Source: a virus (lineage: Duplodnaviria; Caudoviricetes). Taken from it: 64,000 bases of DNA. The stretch spans positions 160,001 through 224,000 of the IMG/VR virus record IMGVR_UViG_3300011678_000001; one strand, 5' to 3'. Shown piece after piece: positions 38,034 to 48,179 of the stretch. A program made the position numbers and the translations under genes. The notes beneath the pieces were generated by a model. The model searched no databases and was not told the DNA's origin. It saw nothing but the letters and a program-made list of their open reading frames with translations. Numbering within the stretch: the first letter of the stretch is position 1; the number at the start of each line of letters is the position of its first letter.

Positions 38034-38372
38034 ATGAGTGCTTCGTTAAACAGTCTAATGGTCAACAGTGGCGACACGATCTACCACAGTGCTGACTTCC
38101 TAAACTTTGTGCACACCCACAAGGCCTACCTAAAGGCTAATTCGGTGATCACGGCGCTGGACCCCGGCCTTGTTCACAAGTTCGAATATAACTTCGTCTC
38201 CCTCCTTGTTGAGTTGACGTATCCGATTGAAGACTTGATGTTGCTGATGGTGGTGAATGACATCGAATGCCCTACGCAAATGACACAGGACCTGAGTGAG
38301 ATACGTATCCCTGATCCCAGTGTGGTGCAGCAGTTAAAATCACTGTATCGCCAGATGCCTGGGCGCATCTGA
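38034..38372 (+). CDS. small conserved protein (possibly LysM/baseplate-wedge-like)
   Basis: 112 aa, AGGAG RBS, VN...P......IRIPD pattern. Confidence 0.55.
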   Translation: MSASLNSLMVNSGDTIYHSADFLNFVHTHKAYLKANSVITALDPGLVHKFEYNFVSLLVELTYPIEDLMLLMVVNDIECPTQMTQDLSEIRIPDPSVVQQLKSLYRQMPGRI

Positions 38373-38420
38373 GGACAAAGAAAGAGGAGAGGGTCACCCC
38401 TCTCCTCCTATGCCGTCTGA

Positions 38421-39737
38421 TCAGAACCCTGAACGACTGCTGCCAGCACCGAAGGTGCGACGAGTCGGGGCCCGATCATCTCGGCGGAAGCTGCTGCTAA
38501 AGCCGCTGTCGCGACCCATGGAGAAGCTCCGTTCACTGCCACGGCCAAAGCTGCTGGCACGGTCATTGCCACGGGTGTCACGACCGAACGAGAAGCTGCG
38601 GTCTTCTTCCCGACGCCCGAATGCACCCCGACGATCATCTTCACGGCGGCCGCCGGTCAGGAAATCATCAAGTGACTTGCCACGCTTCTGCGGTTGAGCA
38701 GTTTCACGGCGAGTCGGGGTCTCACGAGCAGGACGACCGTCGTCTTCCCACGGCAGGTCAACGGCTTCGGCCTTGGAAGATTCACGCACTGGTCGGTCAC
38801 GGTTGACCGGCGCAATACGAGCAGCCACTTTCTCAGTAACATCTTCCTTGGCTTTGGCTTCAGCGACGATGATCGCCCCTTCGTTGCCTTCCTGCGGCGG
38901 AACCAGACGACGCATATCGGCCAACGATTCCATGCCTTCCATCCAGGTCAGGTCGATGGTCAAGGATTCCACCAGGTCTTTACCCAGCAGTTTCTTGTGC
39001 GTCTTGATCACGCCGTTCAGGTGGGTGGCCATGTTGGCGTAGCCCATCATCAGTGCGTGGAAGTACGGCGCGACCATGTTCTTGCTGCCGTAGTCGTAGC
39101 TGGCGCGAGTTGCCTCATCACCCAGCACGATTTCGAACAGGGCACGAACCGAGTTACGCGCTTTCTTCGACGGGTACTTGACGCCCAGCAGGTCCGGTTC
39201 ATCAGCGATGATCGAGTCGAGCACCGGGAACTTGAAGTTCGCCATGCGCAGGACGCCATCAGCCTTGGAGCCTTTACGCAGGCTGATCGAGACCAGGCGC
39301 TTTTCTGGCTCCGGGGCAATGCGCAGAATCACCTTGTTCAGGAAGTCGTAAGTACGCTCGTCCATGTCGGCGAGGTTCTTCAGGTACTTGCCTGAGGCGG
39401 GGTCCAGACGCTTGTGCTCGCTGGGGGTAGCCGCTACGCGCCCCAGTTCGGTGATCAGCGACACCGCTGTGATGGTCAGCTTGTACATGATGGTGTCGCG
39501 CAGCGACTTGATCATGTCGGACTCTGACCGGGTGATGTTCTCAGACAGCGGATGGTACACGATGGTGCCTTCGCCGTTGGAACGCAGGTGCTCGGAGGTA
39601 GGCAATACCACCCGCTTGCCGTTGATGGTAAATGGGCTGGTGCCTTCACCGACAACACGGCTCAGATGACCCTTGCCCGTCTCGTCCACAATGCCAACCG
39701 AGTTCAGCACCCGGATGTTAAACTCATGAAGTTCCAT
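38421..39737 (-). CDS. conserved nucleus-locus protein with R/G/S/F-rich disordered tail
   Basis: 438 aa, located between the PicA-like and nvRNAP beta genes. Confidence 0.65.
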   Translation of the reverse strand: MELHEFNIRVLNSVGIVDETGKGHLSRVVGEGTSPFTINGKRVVLPTSEHLRSNGEGTIVYHPLSENITRSESDMIKSLRDTIMYKLTITAVSLITELGRVAATPSEHKRLDPASGKYLKNLADMDERTYDFLNKVILRIAPEPEKRLVSISLRKGSKADGVLRMANFKFPVLDSIIADEPDLLGVKYPSKKARNSVRALFEIVLGDEATRASYDYGSKNMVAPYFHALMMGYANMATHLNGVIKTHKKLLGKDLVESLTIDLTWMEGMESLADMRRLVPPQEGNEGAIIVAEAKAKEDVTEKVAARIAPVNRDRPVRESSKAEAVDLPWEDDGRPARETPTRRETAQPQKRGKSLDDFLTGGRREDDRRGAFGRREEDRSFSFGRDTRGNDRASSFGRGSERSFSMGRDSGFSSSFRRDDRAPTRRTFGAGSSRSGF

Positions 39738-39746
39738 GACTGCTCC

Positions 39747-41234
39747 TTAGAAGTTGTAACCGCTGCTGTCGGTAATGATAGACGAGTCAAGTGCCGGACG
39801 GCTCCGGGAACCCAACGTATCCACAATGTTGGTCAGCGTCTCACCCATCTTCTCGATGCAATTCCGATCATCGACAACGACAGGTGCTACCAATGAGTCG
39901 CAGAACACAGGGAACGCGAACTCGGCTGGTTCATCGCCTTCAAGCTGGATGTGTACAATCACATCGCCCGAGAGGCTGGCCTTTACCCGCAGGTCGAACA
40001 TGCAGTTCTCCCACGGTAGCATGTCCACGAACAGTTCGGTGATAAGCCGTTGTTCGAAGGCTGCCAAGGCTTGTTGGTTGATGCTCTTGCCCATGAGCGG
40101 GAGGACTTCCGGAATGATGATCACCGGTTCACCCATGTGCGAGTAGTTGTTCGCCTCGAAATGGATGTGGGCCAGGTGGTGGAAGGCCATGTACGTCGGC
40201 AACGCCCGTGCGATCTGAATGGCGGCTACCGTGGTGTTATCACGGCCATTCCAATCGGTGGTGTCACGCGAGTAGTCACGGGACGTTTCAGGGCGCTCGA
40301 AGAACACCTTGACGTCATCCCAGGCAAACTCCGGGTTCATGGCAATCAGTTCACCGTAGGTGATGAAGCCTTGTTCCAGGATGTTGGTGTCACGGGCCAG
40401 ATCAGCGAAGTCTGGGATGCTGGTGAACGAACGCTCACGCACCTGACCACGGGCATCACGCATGATCTGACTGGCATCACGGTCAAACCCATTGCCGTCA
40501 CCGAAGACCTCTCCTTCGTTGGCAGTGTTCAGTGCCTTGAGGGCACGGTGGAAGTAACGGGTGGAGGAATCGTTCCAGCGGTTGGACATCCGCAGGCCCG
40601 GTTGAGTGAAGCTGTTACGCATGTCCATGAAGCGCCCGGTCTCTTTGGCGTTCCGGCTGAACGCAGTCGAGAGCACATCCTTCGGGCTGGACTGGAACAC
40701 ATCTTCCGGCCGCATGGTCATGGTGCCCGGTGACAGGCGATCACGGGTGAAGTCAGGCATGGTCTGCGGACCGATCAGGTGGTTAGACCCAGCGATCTGC
40801 GTACGCCACCCACCCCCAGTGGGGCTGTCCATGTAGCTCTGATTCACCTCGGTGACCGAGTTGAAGTACAGGGCCATGTTCTCGTCCAGTTTCACGCCGC
40901 GCAGGCTGTTGACCGCCCCGACGTGATCGGTATAGCCGGAGATCTCCAGCGTTTGACGAGCGGAACGCGCATCGCGAACCAAGACGGTCATGAGGAACAT
41001 GAACCGCTTCTCGCCCCAGCCGTTGGCAATGATGGCTTTACTGCCGACGTTGGCTTGAGGACGAATGATACGACCGGCCACACGGCTCAGCGCCGCAGGG
41101 GACAGGTCAGAGCCGCCACGCGTGTCGTGGTCGAGCTGGTTGATAAGTTCTCCGGTTGCGTCCGACATAAAAGGACGAAGTTGCATGTCGCGATAGCCGG
41201 AGCGCTCACGAAAGACGATATCAACTAACTGCAT
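39747..41234 (-). CDS. picA: probable phage-nucleus protein import factor (PicA/Imp1, phiKZ gp69-like)
   Basis: About 495 aa, directly downstream of the gp68-like gene; call rests mainly on synteny and size. Confidence 0.6.
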   Translation of the reverse strand: MQLVDIVFRERSGYRDMQLRPFMSDATGELINQLDHDTRGGSDLSPAALSRVAGRIIRPQANVGSKAIIANGWGEKRFMFLMTVLVRDARSARQTLEISGYTDHVGAVNSLRGVKLDENMALYFNSVTEVNQSYMDSPTGGGWRTQIAGSNHLIGPQTMPDFTRDRLSPGTMTMRPEDVFQSSPKDVLSTAFSRNAKETGRFMDMRNSFTQPGLRMSNRWNDSSTRYFHRALKALNTANEGEVFGDGNGFDRDASQIMRDARGQVRERSFTSIPDFADLARDTNILEQGFITYGELIAMNPEFAWDDVKVFFERPETSRDYSRDTTDWNGRDNTTVAAIQIARALPTYMAFHHLAHIHFEANNYSHMGEPVIIIPEVLPLMGKSINQQALAAFEQRLITELFVDMLPWENCMFDLRVKASLSGDVIVHIQLEGDEPAEFAFPVFCDSLVAPVVVDDRNCIEKMGETLTNIVDTLGSRSRPALDSSIITDSSGYNF

Positions 41235-42786
41235 GGTTGTGACTCCCGATAATGTTGTTGACACGAATGATCATGTCGGCAAGTTGGCGCTTGATGTCCC
41301 CTGAGATGTACATGTGACCTGTTTGGGCCAGCAGGGGGATCTTCTCGATGATGTCGCGCGGGGCGTGTGGTTTCCAAGCACGTCCATTCATCATGTCGAC
41401 CACTTGGTCGATGGCGATGACGGCGACGTTGCTGCGCTTGCCTGGGTCTTGACGCTTGGTTTCCTGTCGGTAGTGTGGATACTGCCGATCCAGGATCTCC
41501 GCCTGTTGTTTGGTGATTTTGTTGCGCGTCTCGCTCGGCATGAAAGCTTCCCCATCTTCATGGAAGAACTCTTCAGCTGAAACAAGGATCGCCAACTCAT
41601 GGTACCCCCAGTGATCCAGAATGGCTTGCGCCACGCCCATCAGACGGAAGTGGGTCAGCTTAAGCAGCAGGTCCCGTGCTTCCGGTGAAATGGTGCGGAT
41701 CACCCAGAACACCAGTGCCTTTTGGAATGGTTCCACCGGCCTGGCTTCTGCTCTTGAGCACACCGAGATGCATTGCTGCACGCGGCCCAAGTCCAACTCC
41801 GGAGCAATCCGGTTGACAATGATCTCAGGCTTCTCTGTGAAGACCTCAATCATCTGCCGGTCACCCTCGGTGATTTCCTGCGTCTGGCTGTAGTCGTCCA
41901 CGACCGATGAGTTGTCTTCATCGTTCTTATCCATCGCCCGATGACGCTTGGGCTGCACGATACCTGTGACACTCTGGAACCTGCCGTCCATCCGCAGATG
42001 GGTGCCGGTCACGTAGTTGAACAGGATACGGGCCAGGCTGTCACGTTCCACCGAGGTGGACAGTGGGCCAATGGAGATCTTACGCACCAAGGCCATGGCC
42101 ATCAGGTGACGCGGGACTTCTTCAGACGACAACCCTGCCATGACCATGGTCATGGAGATTTCCTTGTCGACGCTGGCCTCGATGTATTCGACCATGCGAA
42201 TAAAAGGCGGCCACTTGTCCAACCCAGCCAACTCGATCAGCTTGACTGCTTCGGACTCCTTGTATCCGTTGCCATTGATGCTGGACACGTTCTGGATGTA
42301 CATGCCCCAGATCGGGACCATGAACCGCAGACCCAGTGCCAATGCCACCATGTCCAAGTAATCGGACTTGATGTAGGTCCGGCTCCGGTAGTTGCGGCCA
42401 CGCTCGTTGAATTCCACGAACTTGTCGCTAACGTCCGACGGAATGGTCAGCTGTGCTTTGTCCACATAGCTGCGCAGTTCGTCGTAGGTCACCAAGGCAT
42501 AGAGGGCTTTGACGACTGATTCGATCCGTTCCCGTACCAAGAAGGACGAGCGAATTTCTTCAGACGACAGGTACTCATTAACTTTGCTGTACAGCGCCCA
42601 GAGGTGATCTTGCTTTTCCTCAGGCAGGGTGGCGATAAACTCGTTGGTCTCCTTGAACAGTATTTCGCGGTTAAGAATGGCGGCCGAGTGATAGCTGCCA
42701 GCCGACAACACCATTTCCTGACCTTTATGATCAAGGCGTAGGGTGTTGATCCCCTTCGGGGACAGCTCTTGGACGTGTATCCGCAT
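41221..42786 (-). CDS. nvRNAP promoter-specificity subunit (phiKZ gp68-like)
   Basis: About 521 aa helical; position between the ChmC-like and PicA-like genes; early promoter upstream. Confidence 0.65.
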   Translation of the reverse strand: MRIHVQELSPKGINTLRLDHKGQEMVLSAGSYHSAAILNREILFKETNEFIATLPEEKQDHLWALYSKVNEYLSSEEIRSSFLVRERIESVVKALYALVTYDELRSYVDKAQLTIPSDVSDKFVEFNERGRNYRSRTYIKSDYLDMVALALGLRFMVPIWGMYIQNVSSINGNGYKESEAVKLIELAGLDKWPPFIRMVEYIEASVDKEISMTMVMAGLSSEEVPRHLMAMALVRKISIGPLSTSVERDSLARILFNYVTGTHLRMDGRFQSVTGIVQPKRHRAMDKNDEDNSSVVDDYSQTQEITEGDRQMIEVFTEKPEIIVNRIAPELDLGRVQQCISVCSRAEARPVEPFQKALVFWVIRTISPEARDLLLKLTHFRLMGVAQAILDHWGYHELAILVSAEEFFHEDGEAFMPSETRNKITKQQAEILDRQYPHYRQETKRQDPGKRSNVAVIAIDQVVDMMNGRAWKPHAPRDIIEKIPLLAQTGHMYISGDIKRQLADMIIRVNNIIGSHNHAVS

Positions 42787-42823
42787 TGTGTTGACAACCT
42801 CAGTAGTTACTGGATGCAACTTA

Positions 42824-42850
42824 ATAATGTAGGGCTGAAGAATCGTTCAA
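42824..42850 (-). promoter_or_regulatory. putative early promoter
   Basis: TTGAACGATTCTTCAGCCCTACATTAT. Confidence 0.65.
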
Positions 42851-42925
42851 TAAAACGATTTTCCCTGGCTAAGGGTATAGTCGACACTGGGCCTTTCGGA
42901 CCCAGTGTCGAGGTACTTATGCTGC

Positions 42926-43369
42926 TTATGCAAGTACGGTGGTGAAGATGAATTCACTATCTTCCAGCTGCTTTGTTTTGCCTTTGATGTATGGACTATT
43001 TTCACCCGTCCGGCTTCGACAATAGTCAAGATAACCTGGGTAATTATGGTTTTCCTTATTAGAACCCCATCTCAGATTCTCGTAATGGTTATTACGTGAG
43101 TCCTCATCCTCATGCATCGCTTGCTGGTTCGGACTAGGCAATCCATTAAACGCTTCGCACACCAAACGAGCCACCTTCAGCGTTTTCTTCCCACGGCGCG
43201 GATAGATATATCTATCGCCATCCCATTGACCGATGGTCGGGACACCACCATAATGACGAGTCCCTCCATGGGGCATCGGGGACTCGTATGGAATGGTCAT
43301 TATTCGGCCATGCGAAGAAACCATGAGATCTGGGTTAGACGGCGAGCGTCGCCAGACCTCATCCATCAT
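42926..43369 (-). CDS. NUMOD4/HNH-family homing endonuclease
   Basis: EVWR...MVSSHGRI, KVARLVCEAF, MHEDEDSRNNHYENLRWGSNKEN. Confidence 0.8.
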   Translation of the reverse strand: MMDEVWRRSPSNPDLMVSSHGRIMTIPYESPMPHGGTRHYGGVPTIGQWDGDRYIYPRRGKKTLKVARLVCEAFNGLPSPNQQAMHEDEDSRNNHYENLRWGSNKENHNYPGYLDYCRSRTGENSPYIKGKTKQLEDSEFIFTTVLA

Positions 43370-44145
43370 AAAGGCACGTCGTCGTCGAAGTTGAAATCGC
43401 TGCCGCCGGACGGAGCTGCTGAAGAAGTCTGGCCACCGTTTCCACGGTTGTTATTCCAGTTACCGCCGCCTTGCTGGCCGCCATTACCGCCGCCGTAGCC
43501 ACCGCCACCGCCGCCCTGACGGTTACCACCGCCATTCCAACCACCACCGCCACCACCCTGACCGCCTTGACGGTTACGATCCATCCAAGCCGGACGCACG
43601 TAGTTGTCAGCGAGGACTTCAGTGACGTACGAACGCACTGTGTCGACCCAGCCCAAGCAGTACAGACGCGAAGCCACAGAGACCGACATCGGGCCGTTGG
43701 CATCACGGAAGTTGTGGTAGGTCTCGTCCAGGAACGGGAACTCGATCAACGGACGGTTCTTACCGGCGCTGATGCAGATGGAGATGACGCCTTCGGCATT
43801 CTTCTCGATCTTGATGGTGCTCATGATCGACGGGTTCGGATCACGCTTCTTCTCGACGAAGCGGTGGCCCTTGTTGTCCATCATGATGCTGGTCGGCTCT
43901 TTGTGGTTAGCCACAGCCTCGACCGCCCGCAGAAACGCGAAGAACGCACGGTTGTTGAACGCCGCTTCGATCTTACCGTTGTTACGGTCGTTCGGCACTT
44001 TGGTCTTGACGACCAAGCGCGGGTTGTTCTCGTAGTAAGCCGGCCGGAGGGTAGGTTCGCCTTCCATGCCGTCCTGGCGCTTGGCTTTCAATGCCAGCGA
44101 GGGTTCGTCCAGAATCGTGTCGGGACGCTGGGTTGTTTCGCTCAT
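43366..44145 (-). CDS. chmC: ChmC-like nucleic-acid-binding protein with Gly/Asn/Gln-rich tail
   Basis: Position upstream of the gp68-like gene; folded N-domain, GGQGGGGGGWNGGG tail, acidic FDDDVPL tip. Confidence 0.6.
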   Translation of the reverse strand: MSETTQRPDTILDEPSLALKAKRQDGMEGEPTLRPAYYENNPRLVVKTKVPNDRNNGKIEAAFNNRAFFAFLRAVEAVANHKEPTSIMMDNKGHRFVEKKRDPNPSIMSTIKIEKNAEGVISICISAGKNRPLIEFPFLDETYHNFRDANGPMSVSVASRLYCLGWVDTVRSYVTEVLADNYVRPAWMDRNRQGGQGGGGGGWNGGGNRQGGGGGGYGGGNGGQQGGGNWNNNRGNGGQTSSAAPSGGSDFNFDDDVPL

Positions 44146-44221
44146 TTTTGGTCTCTCCAAATACGCGGCTTTTACTCAAATAGATACAGGCCACAGTTTA
44201 TTTTTTACCCACCAAACCGCT

Positions 44222-45091
44222 CTAAGCCTTTGAATAGAGGTTAATCACCAGCTTTTCCAGTTCCGGCTCGTAAGCCTTCTTGACCGAACTGATGATGTAG
44301 TCTTTCGTGGTCAAAGCGTTCCAGCGGTTCTTCTGAGCAATGTCGAGCATCACCCGGCGATACTTGATTGGGAAGGCAGTAAACAAGTTACTGTTATCCC
44401 CAAAGAACTGGATGGTCATACGGTCGAACGGGATGTTACTCAGTTCTTTACCGTTTGAGAGCTTTGTGTGCCACAAGGCTGGGGGTTTAGCCGCACCCGT
44501 ATGCGACTCCAGCAATGTCAGCGAATTGAACTTATAGCGTTGCAGCAAGTCAATGGCGTAACTGCTCATCATCAGAACGCGCCGGTTGTCAGACGCAAGG
44601 TCAATGTCTGTCTCCAGAATCTTGACCGTGGGTGTACGCTCCAGCACGCTCAGTAGCTCGACGATGGTGTTCTCTTCCCGTAGGGCTGCCAGCTTCTGTT
44701 TCTCGGTGCTAGCGGCCTTGAGGATGGCGTAAGGGAACTTCTTTGGCACGCCCCGATAGTTGCAAAGGTATATCTGGGTATTTACCCGACCCGCACTGAA
44801 CCGGTGGACCGCACCTTCAATGATCGTCATCTCATTAATGAGGGCGTAGGCCAAGTCCTCTGGGAAGACATTGTTCATCGCCTCGGCATCAATAGCGCCG
44901 ACCAGGTTACGGATCAGGGTTCTCAGGTTGACGTATAGGACGTCGACTTGGTTGATGATCGGGTTGTTGTTGGGGTTGTCCTCAAGGATGCCGAACGCAC
45001 CCTCAAGGGCCAGACTGCTGCCTATTGAGACGGGTATCTGACCCACCTCCCGGCTGGAGATGGCATCCATAGCCCGCGCGTCTATCGCCAT
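44222..45091 (-). CDS. conserved jumbo-phage protein (possibly PIN/flap-nuclease-like fold)
   Basis: 289 aa; VNLRTLIRN, LLESHTG, FFGD; adjacent to the SbcD-like gene. Confidence 0.55.
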   Translation of the reverse strand: MAIDARAMDAISSREVGQIPVSIGSSLALEGAFGILEDNPNNNPIINQVDVLYVNLRTLIRNLVGAIDAEAMNNVFPEDLAYALINEMTIIEGAVHRFSAGRVNTQIYLCNYRGVPKKFPYAILKAASTEKQKLAALREENTIVELLSVLERTPTVKILETDIDLASDNRRVLMMSSYAIDLLQRYKFNSLTLLESHTGAAKPPALWHTKLSNGKELSNIPFDRMTIQFFGDNSNLFTAFPIKYRRVMLDIAQKNRWNALTTKDYIISSVKKAYEPELEKLVINLYSKA

Positions 45092-45100
45092 GCTGTCTCC

Positions 45101-46264
45101 TTAATTCTCTTTGTACTTCTCCAGCACATTCATGACCATCTGCGCCTCGTGGCTCTGATCATCCGCGAAATGCCGCTTGAGCCGATCAGAAACCAAGTGC
45201 CCGATGTTGGTCGGGGTGATGCTGATGGGTTTGACCTTAGGCATCTCCACGTGCGCCAGATCGACTTTCTCCTGAAGCTTGAGGTCATCCATCTGGGTGG
45301 TGATGCGAAACTGCGGGAACCGCTTACGCAAGTCCTTCAGTCCGTGTTGAACCGCTGTCCCCCGTTTGATCATCAAGCGGAAGCATGAATCGTTCGGTTC
45401 GTTCTCATAGGTCTCGAGGATTTCAAACACCTGGTCAGTGTCCATCTCCCGGCAGTCAAGCGTCTTGTAGAGCCGCGCACCGGGGTTTTCCACGAACCAA
45501 TGGTAGTTGCCTGCTTTGGAGATGCACGCCCTGTAGTGGCCCTTAGCGGCCTCCTCACCGTGACTCAGGCGGTCGAAGGAACCCTGCGCCAGAATCTTAC
45601 CGCCGCGCTCTGTACGGATGTGTACATGACCAATGCCGATGTAGTGGCGGACGATCGACATGTAGAATTCACTGTCGTGGTTCTTGGCCGACTCGATGGG
45701 CAACTGGTAATCAAAGGAGCCGTGCATGCAGCCGATGTCAACCTTGTCCATGCCATGGATGGTCAGCAGCTCCATCACCTGTTGTTGGGTGACGCTGGCA
45801 TCCGCGTTCCATTCATCCGGCACGTACAACACACTGAGCCCGCCCAACTCCTCAATCACCTCAATACTCAAGGTATCGACGTACTTCAGGTTGGCTGGGG
45901 TGCCCAGTGTGTTATTGACGTTGACAAACTGCTTGGACTGGCGCCAGTCATGACTGGGAGTCCCTTCCAACACGCGAACAATGATGTTGCGCTTGGCGCA
46001 GATTCTCAACACCTCGGCGATCCATTCTTGGATCGCATCCACTTCATCTTGCGGCAGGCTCATCAACCGATCAAAGACGTCGCCTGCAAAGAAGAGCACG
46101 TCAAGCTTACCGGTCTCCTCTGTGTCCGGGAACGCCTTTCTCAGGTTACCGATGATGTGGTAGGTGTTGGTCCGAGGGTGGGCCAGGTGAATGTCCGAAA
46201 TAAAAGCAACGAACAGGTCACGCGGCTTAAAGGGGTTCGAAGTCGTCTTCGTCGAAGTCATCAA
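45101..46264 (-). CDS. SbcD/Mre11-like metallophosphoesterase nuclease
   Basis: SDIH, AGDVFD, GTPSHD, MHG and GHVH motifs. Confidence 0.85.
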   Translation of the reverse strand: MMTSTKTTSNPFKPRDLFVAFISDIHLAHPRTNTYHIIGNLRKAFPDTEETGKLDVLFFAGDVFDRLMSLPQDEVDAIQEWIAEVLRICAKRNIIVRVLEGTPSHDWRQSKQFVNVNNTLGTPANLKYVDTLSIEVIEELGGLSVLYVPDEWNADASVTQQQVMELLTIHGMDKVDIGCMHGSFDYQLPIESAKNHDSEFYMSIVRHYIGIGHVHIRTERGGKILAQGSFDRLSHGEEAAKGHYRACISKAGNYHWFVENPGARLYKTLDCREMDTDQVFEILETYENEPNDSCFRLMIKRGTAVQHGLKDLRKRFPQFRITTQMDDLKLQEKVDLAHVEMPKVKPISITPTNIGHLVSDRLKRHFADDQSHEAQMVMNVLEKYKEN

Positions 46265-46823
46265 TGGGTTTCCGAGCAGAGGTAGATGCACCCCCTGCTA
46301 CAGGTGTGCCACCGAGTTCTTTTTCAACCAGCGGCGCATCGGCACCGAACATCAGTTCGAGTGGGATATTGTACCGCTTGTAAATCATGGCCCACATTTT
46401 AGCGTAGACCGTGGAAATGGCATCCGCAGGCGTGTGGTTCAACGCCACCAAGCGCTGGACGTAGTTGTCGATCACAGCGCCGGGGTGGGCCGTGGTGATC
46501 TCGGATTCAAACTGCGCAGCCAACTCAGACACGTCCGTCTCAGGCGAGGCCTGGAGTGTGCGGATGGCCATGGGCGTTGGGGCAATCAGCGGCGGGACCA
46601 CAAAGAGCACTTTGCTGGGATCGTTGTTGTCTACCACATCAATCATGCGGTTGGCATGTCCGGCCACAGCCAGGAAGATGTCCACCGGCTTGTGAGGGGC
46701 GCCTTCCGGTGACGGAATCAGGTGAGGCAGGAGTCGACGGGTGAAGTCCACTTCGCGCAATTTGGCGTTGGATTCACTACTCATCGCCTCCAGATTGGCG
46801 AAGTCTTGATCAGTCAATTGCAT
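46227..46823 (-). CDS. conserved hypothetical protein
   Basis: 198 aa, GGAG RBS, acidic tail. Confidence 0.7.
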   Translation of the reverse strand: MQLTDQDFANLEAMSSESNAKLREVDFTRRLLPHLIPSPEGAPHKPVDIFLAVAGHANRMIDVVDNNDPSKVLFVVPPLIAPTPMAIRTLQASPETDVSELAAQFESEITTAHPGAVIDNYVQRLVALNHTPADAISTVYAKMWAMIYKRYNIPLELMFGADAPLVEKELGGTPVAGGASTSARKPIDDFDEDDFEPL

Positions 46824-46876
46824 GGCGATTCTCCATAAAGAGGGCGGTTGGACCGCCCTCTATGCCGAGTGGCTGC

Positions 46877-47650
46877 TTATTCAGCAGCAGGTTCTACGCC
46901 CGACTCGTCATTCGCGCCAGTGGCAGCGGTGACTTCCATGGCCTTCTTGGAGGTTTCCTGACGGAACTCTTCCAGGGCGACGCTGTCGATCACGTAGTAA
47001 GGACGATCGTTGACGCCGCCGTAGGAGACGACCAGGTCGCCCATGACGTGTTGGATCTTCGCATCACGCATGCCTTCGGAGAGCGCTTCACCGGAGACCC
47101 ACTGCTGGGTTGCCTTGTCCTGCTCTTCGACGATTACGCCGTTGTCGGTGACCGTGACACGAACGGAACCCGGTACGTAGCCTTCGACCACTACCAGCTC
47201 AGGCGCACGCTGCTTGGACGTCTTGGCCTTGTGGGCAATGGCGTTGGCACCGGCGATGAACATGCGCTGGGCAATGGAGTCGACCATGACCGGATCGTTG
47301 AACAGACGCTGCATGTGATCGGCAGTCAGCTCGACGAGGGTACGGTTGACGGCCATCAGGGCGTCGTTGGTGGCCACGAGGGTTTCTTCCAGCTGAGTCA
47401 CGCGCGCCTGCAGGGCTTCGATGCGCTCTTCTTGAGAAGCTTCACGCTCTTCTTCAGAGACTTCCTGCTCGACCGGGCTGATCTCCAGGATTTCTTCACG
47501 GAAGATCGCCATGTTGCGGGTCACTTCGATCTTGTCGCCCACTTGCAGTTCGCTGACCGTGACGGTCTGGCCGTCTTCACGAACGACTTCAGCGTCAGAG
47601 GCCAGGATGACTTCGCCCTGGTTGGTGGTCAGCTTAACGGTGTTGGACAT
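46877..47650 (-). CDS. hypothetical coiled-coil protein
   Basis: 257 aa, AAGGAG RBS. Confidence 0.75.
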   Translation of the reverse strand: MSNTVKLTTNQGEVILASDAEVVREDGQTVTVSELQVGDKIEVTRNMAIFREEILEISPVEQEVSEEEREASQEERIEALQARVTQLEETLVATNDALMAVNRTLVELTADHMQRLFNDPVMVDSIAQRMFIAGANAIAHKAKTSKQRAPELVVVEGYVPGSVRVTVTDNGVIVEEQDKATQQWVSGEALSEGMRDAKIQHVMGDLVVSYGGVNDRPYYVIDSVALEEFRQETSKKAMEVTAATGANDESGVEPAAE

Positions 47651-47659
47651 GATTGCTCC

Positions 47660-48082
47660 TTAGTTGTTGAGGCCGCGTGTAATGAATGGTCGGCCGTCGT
47701 TTTGCAGATCAATGATACTGCGAATCTTTGAGTTGGATGAACTGACGACGTGCTTGAGGTCGATTGACTTGTTCCCGTCTCGTAGGATAGCCGTGATTTG
47801 TAAATCAATACTGGTCTCAGTGGTTGTCGTGGATACGTCGAGCGTAACCTCGTCAAATTGCCGTGCCAGGTAGTCATTAAGGACCCGTCTGACCTCGTCT
47901 TCCAGGGTCATGCGGTTATTGCCATACTGACTGATGATGTTACTCAGGCTGGCAATGCTACCCCGGTAGATGTCTGACTGAGAGCGCTGGGCAATATAGA
48001 AGTTGGCCATGGCTTCGTCAGCTTTGATGGTCAGGTCTGATGCGAACCCGGCGGCGCCGAGGACAGGGATTACACGGGCCAT
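47660..48082 (-). CDS. conserved protein (possibly gp25-like baseplate fold)
   Basis: 140 aa, GGAG RBS; helix-helix-beta-hairpin pattern. Confidence 0.55.
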   Translation of the reverse strand: MARVIPVLGAAGFASDLTIKADEAMANFYIAQRSQSDIYRGSIASLSNIISQYGNNRMTLEDEVRRVLNDYLARQFDEVTLDVSTTTTETSIDLQITAILRDGNKSIDLKHVVSSSNSKIRSIIDLQNDGRPFITRGLNN

Positions 48083-48179
48083 AAACGTCTCCAGGACGAA
48101 AAAAGAAAAGGCTGTAGGGGAAGGTGATGCACATACCCATTAGGGCAGTGCATCACAGTCCTGTCACAGAGACCCGTTA

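Noticed and set aside
43366-44145. Canonical OB-fold SSB
   Set aside because: The tail is SSB-like, but the N-domain lacks SSB motifs and synteny favours ChmC.
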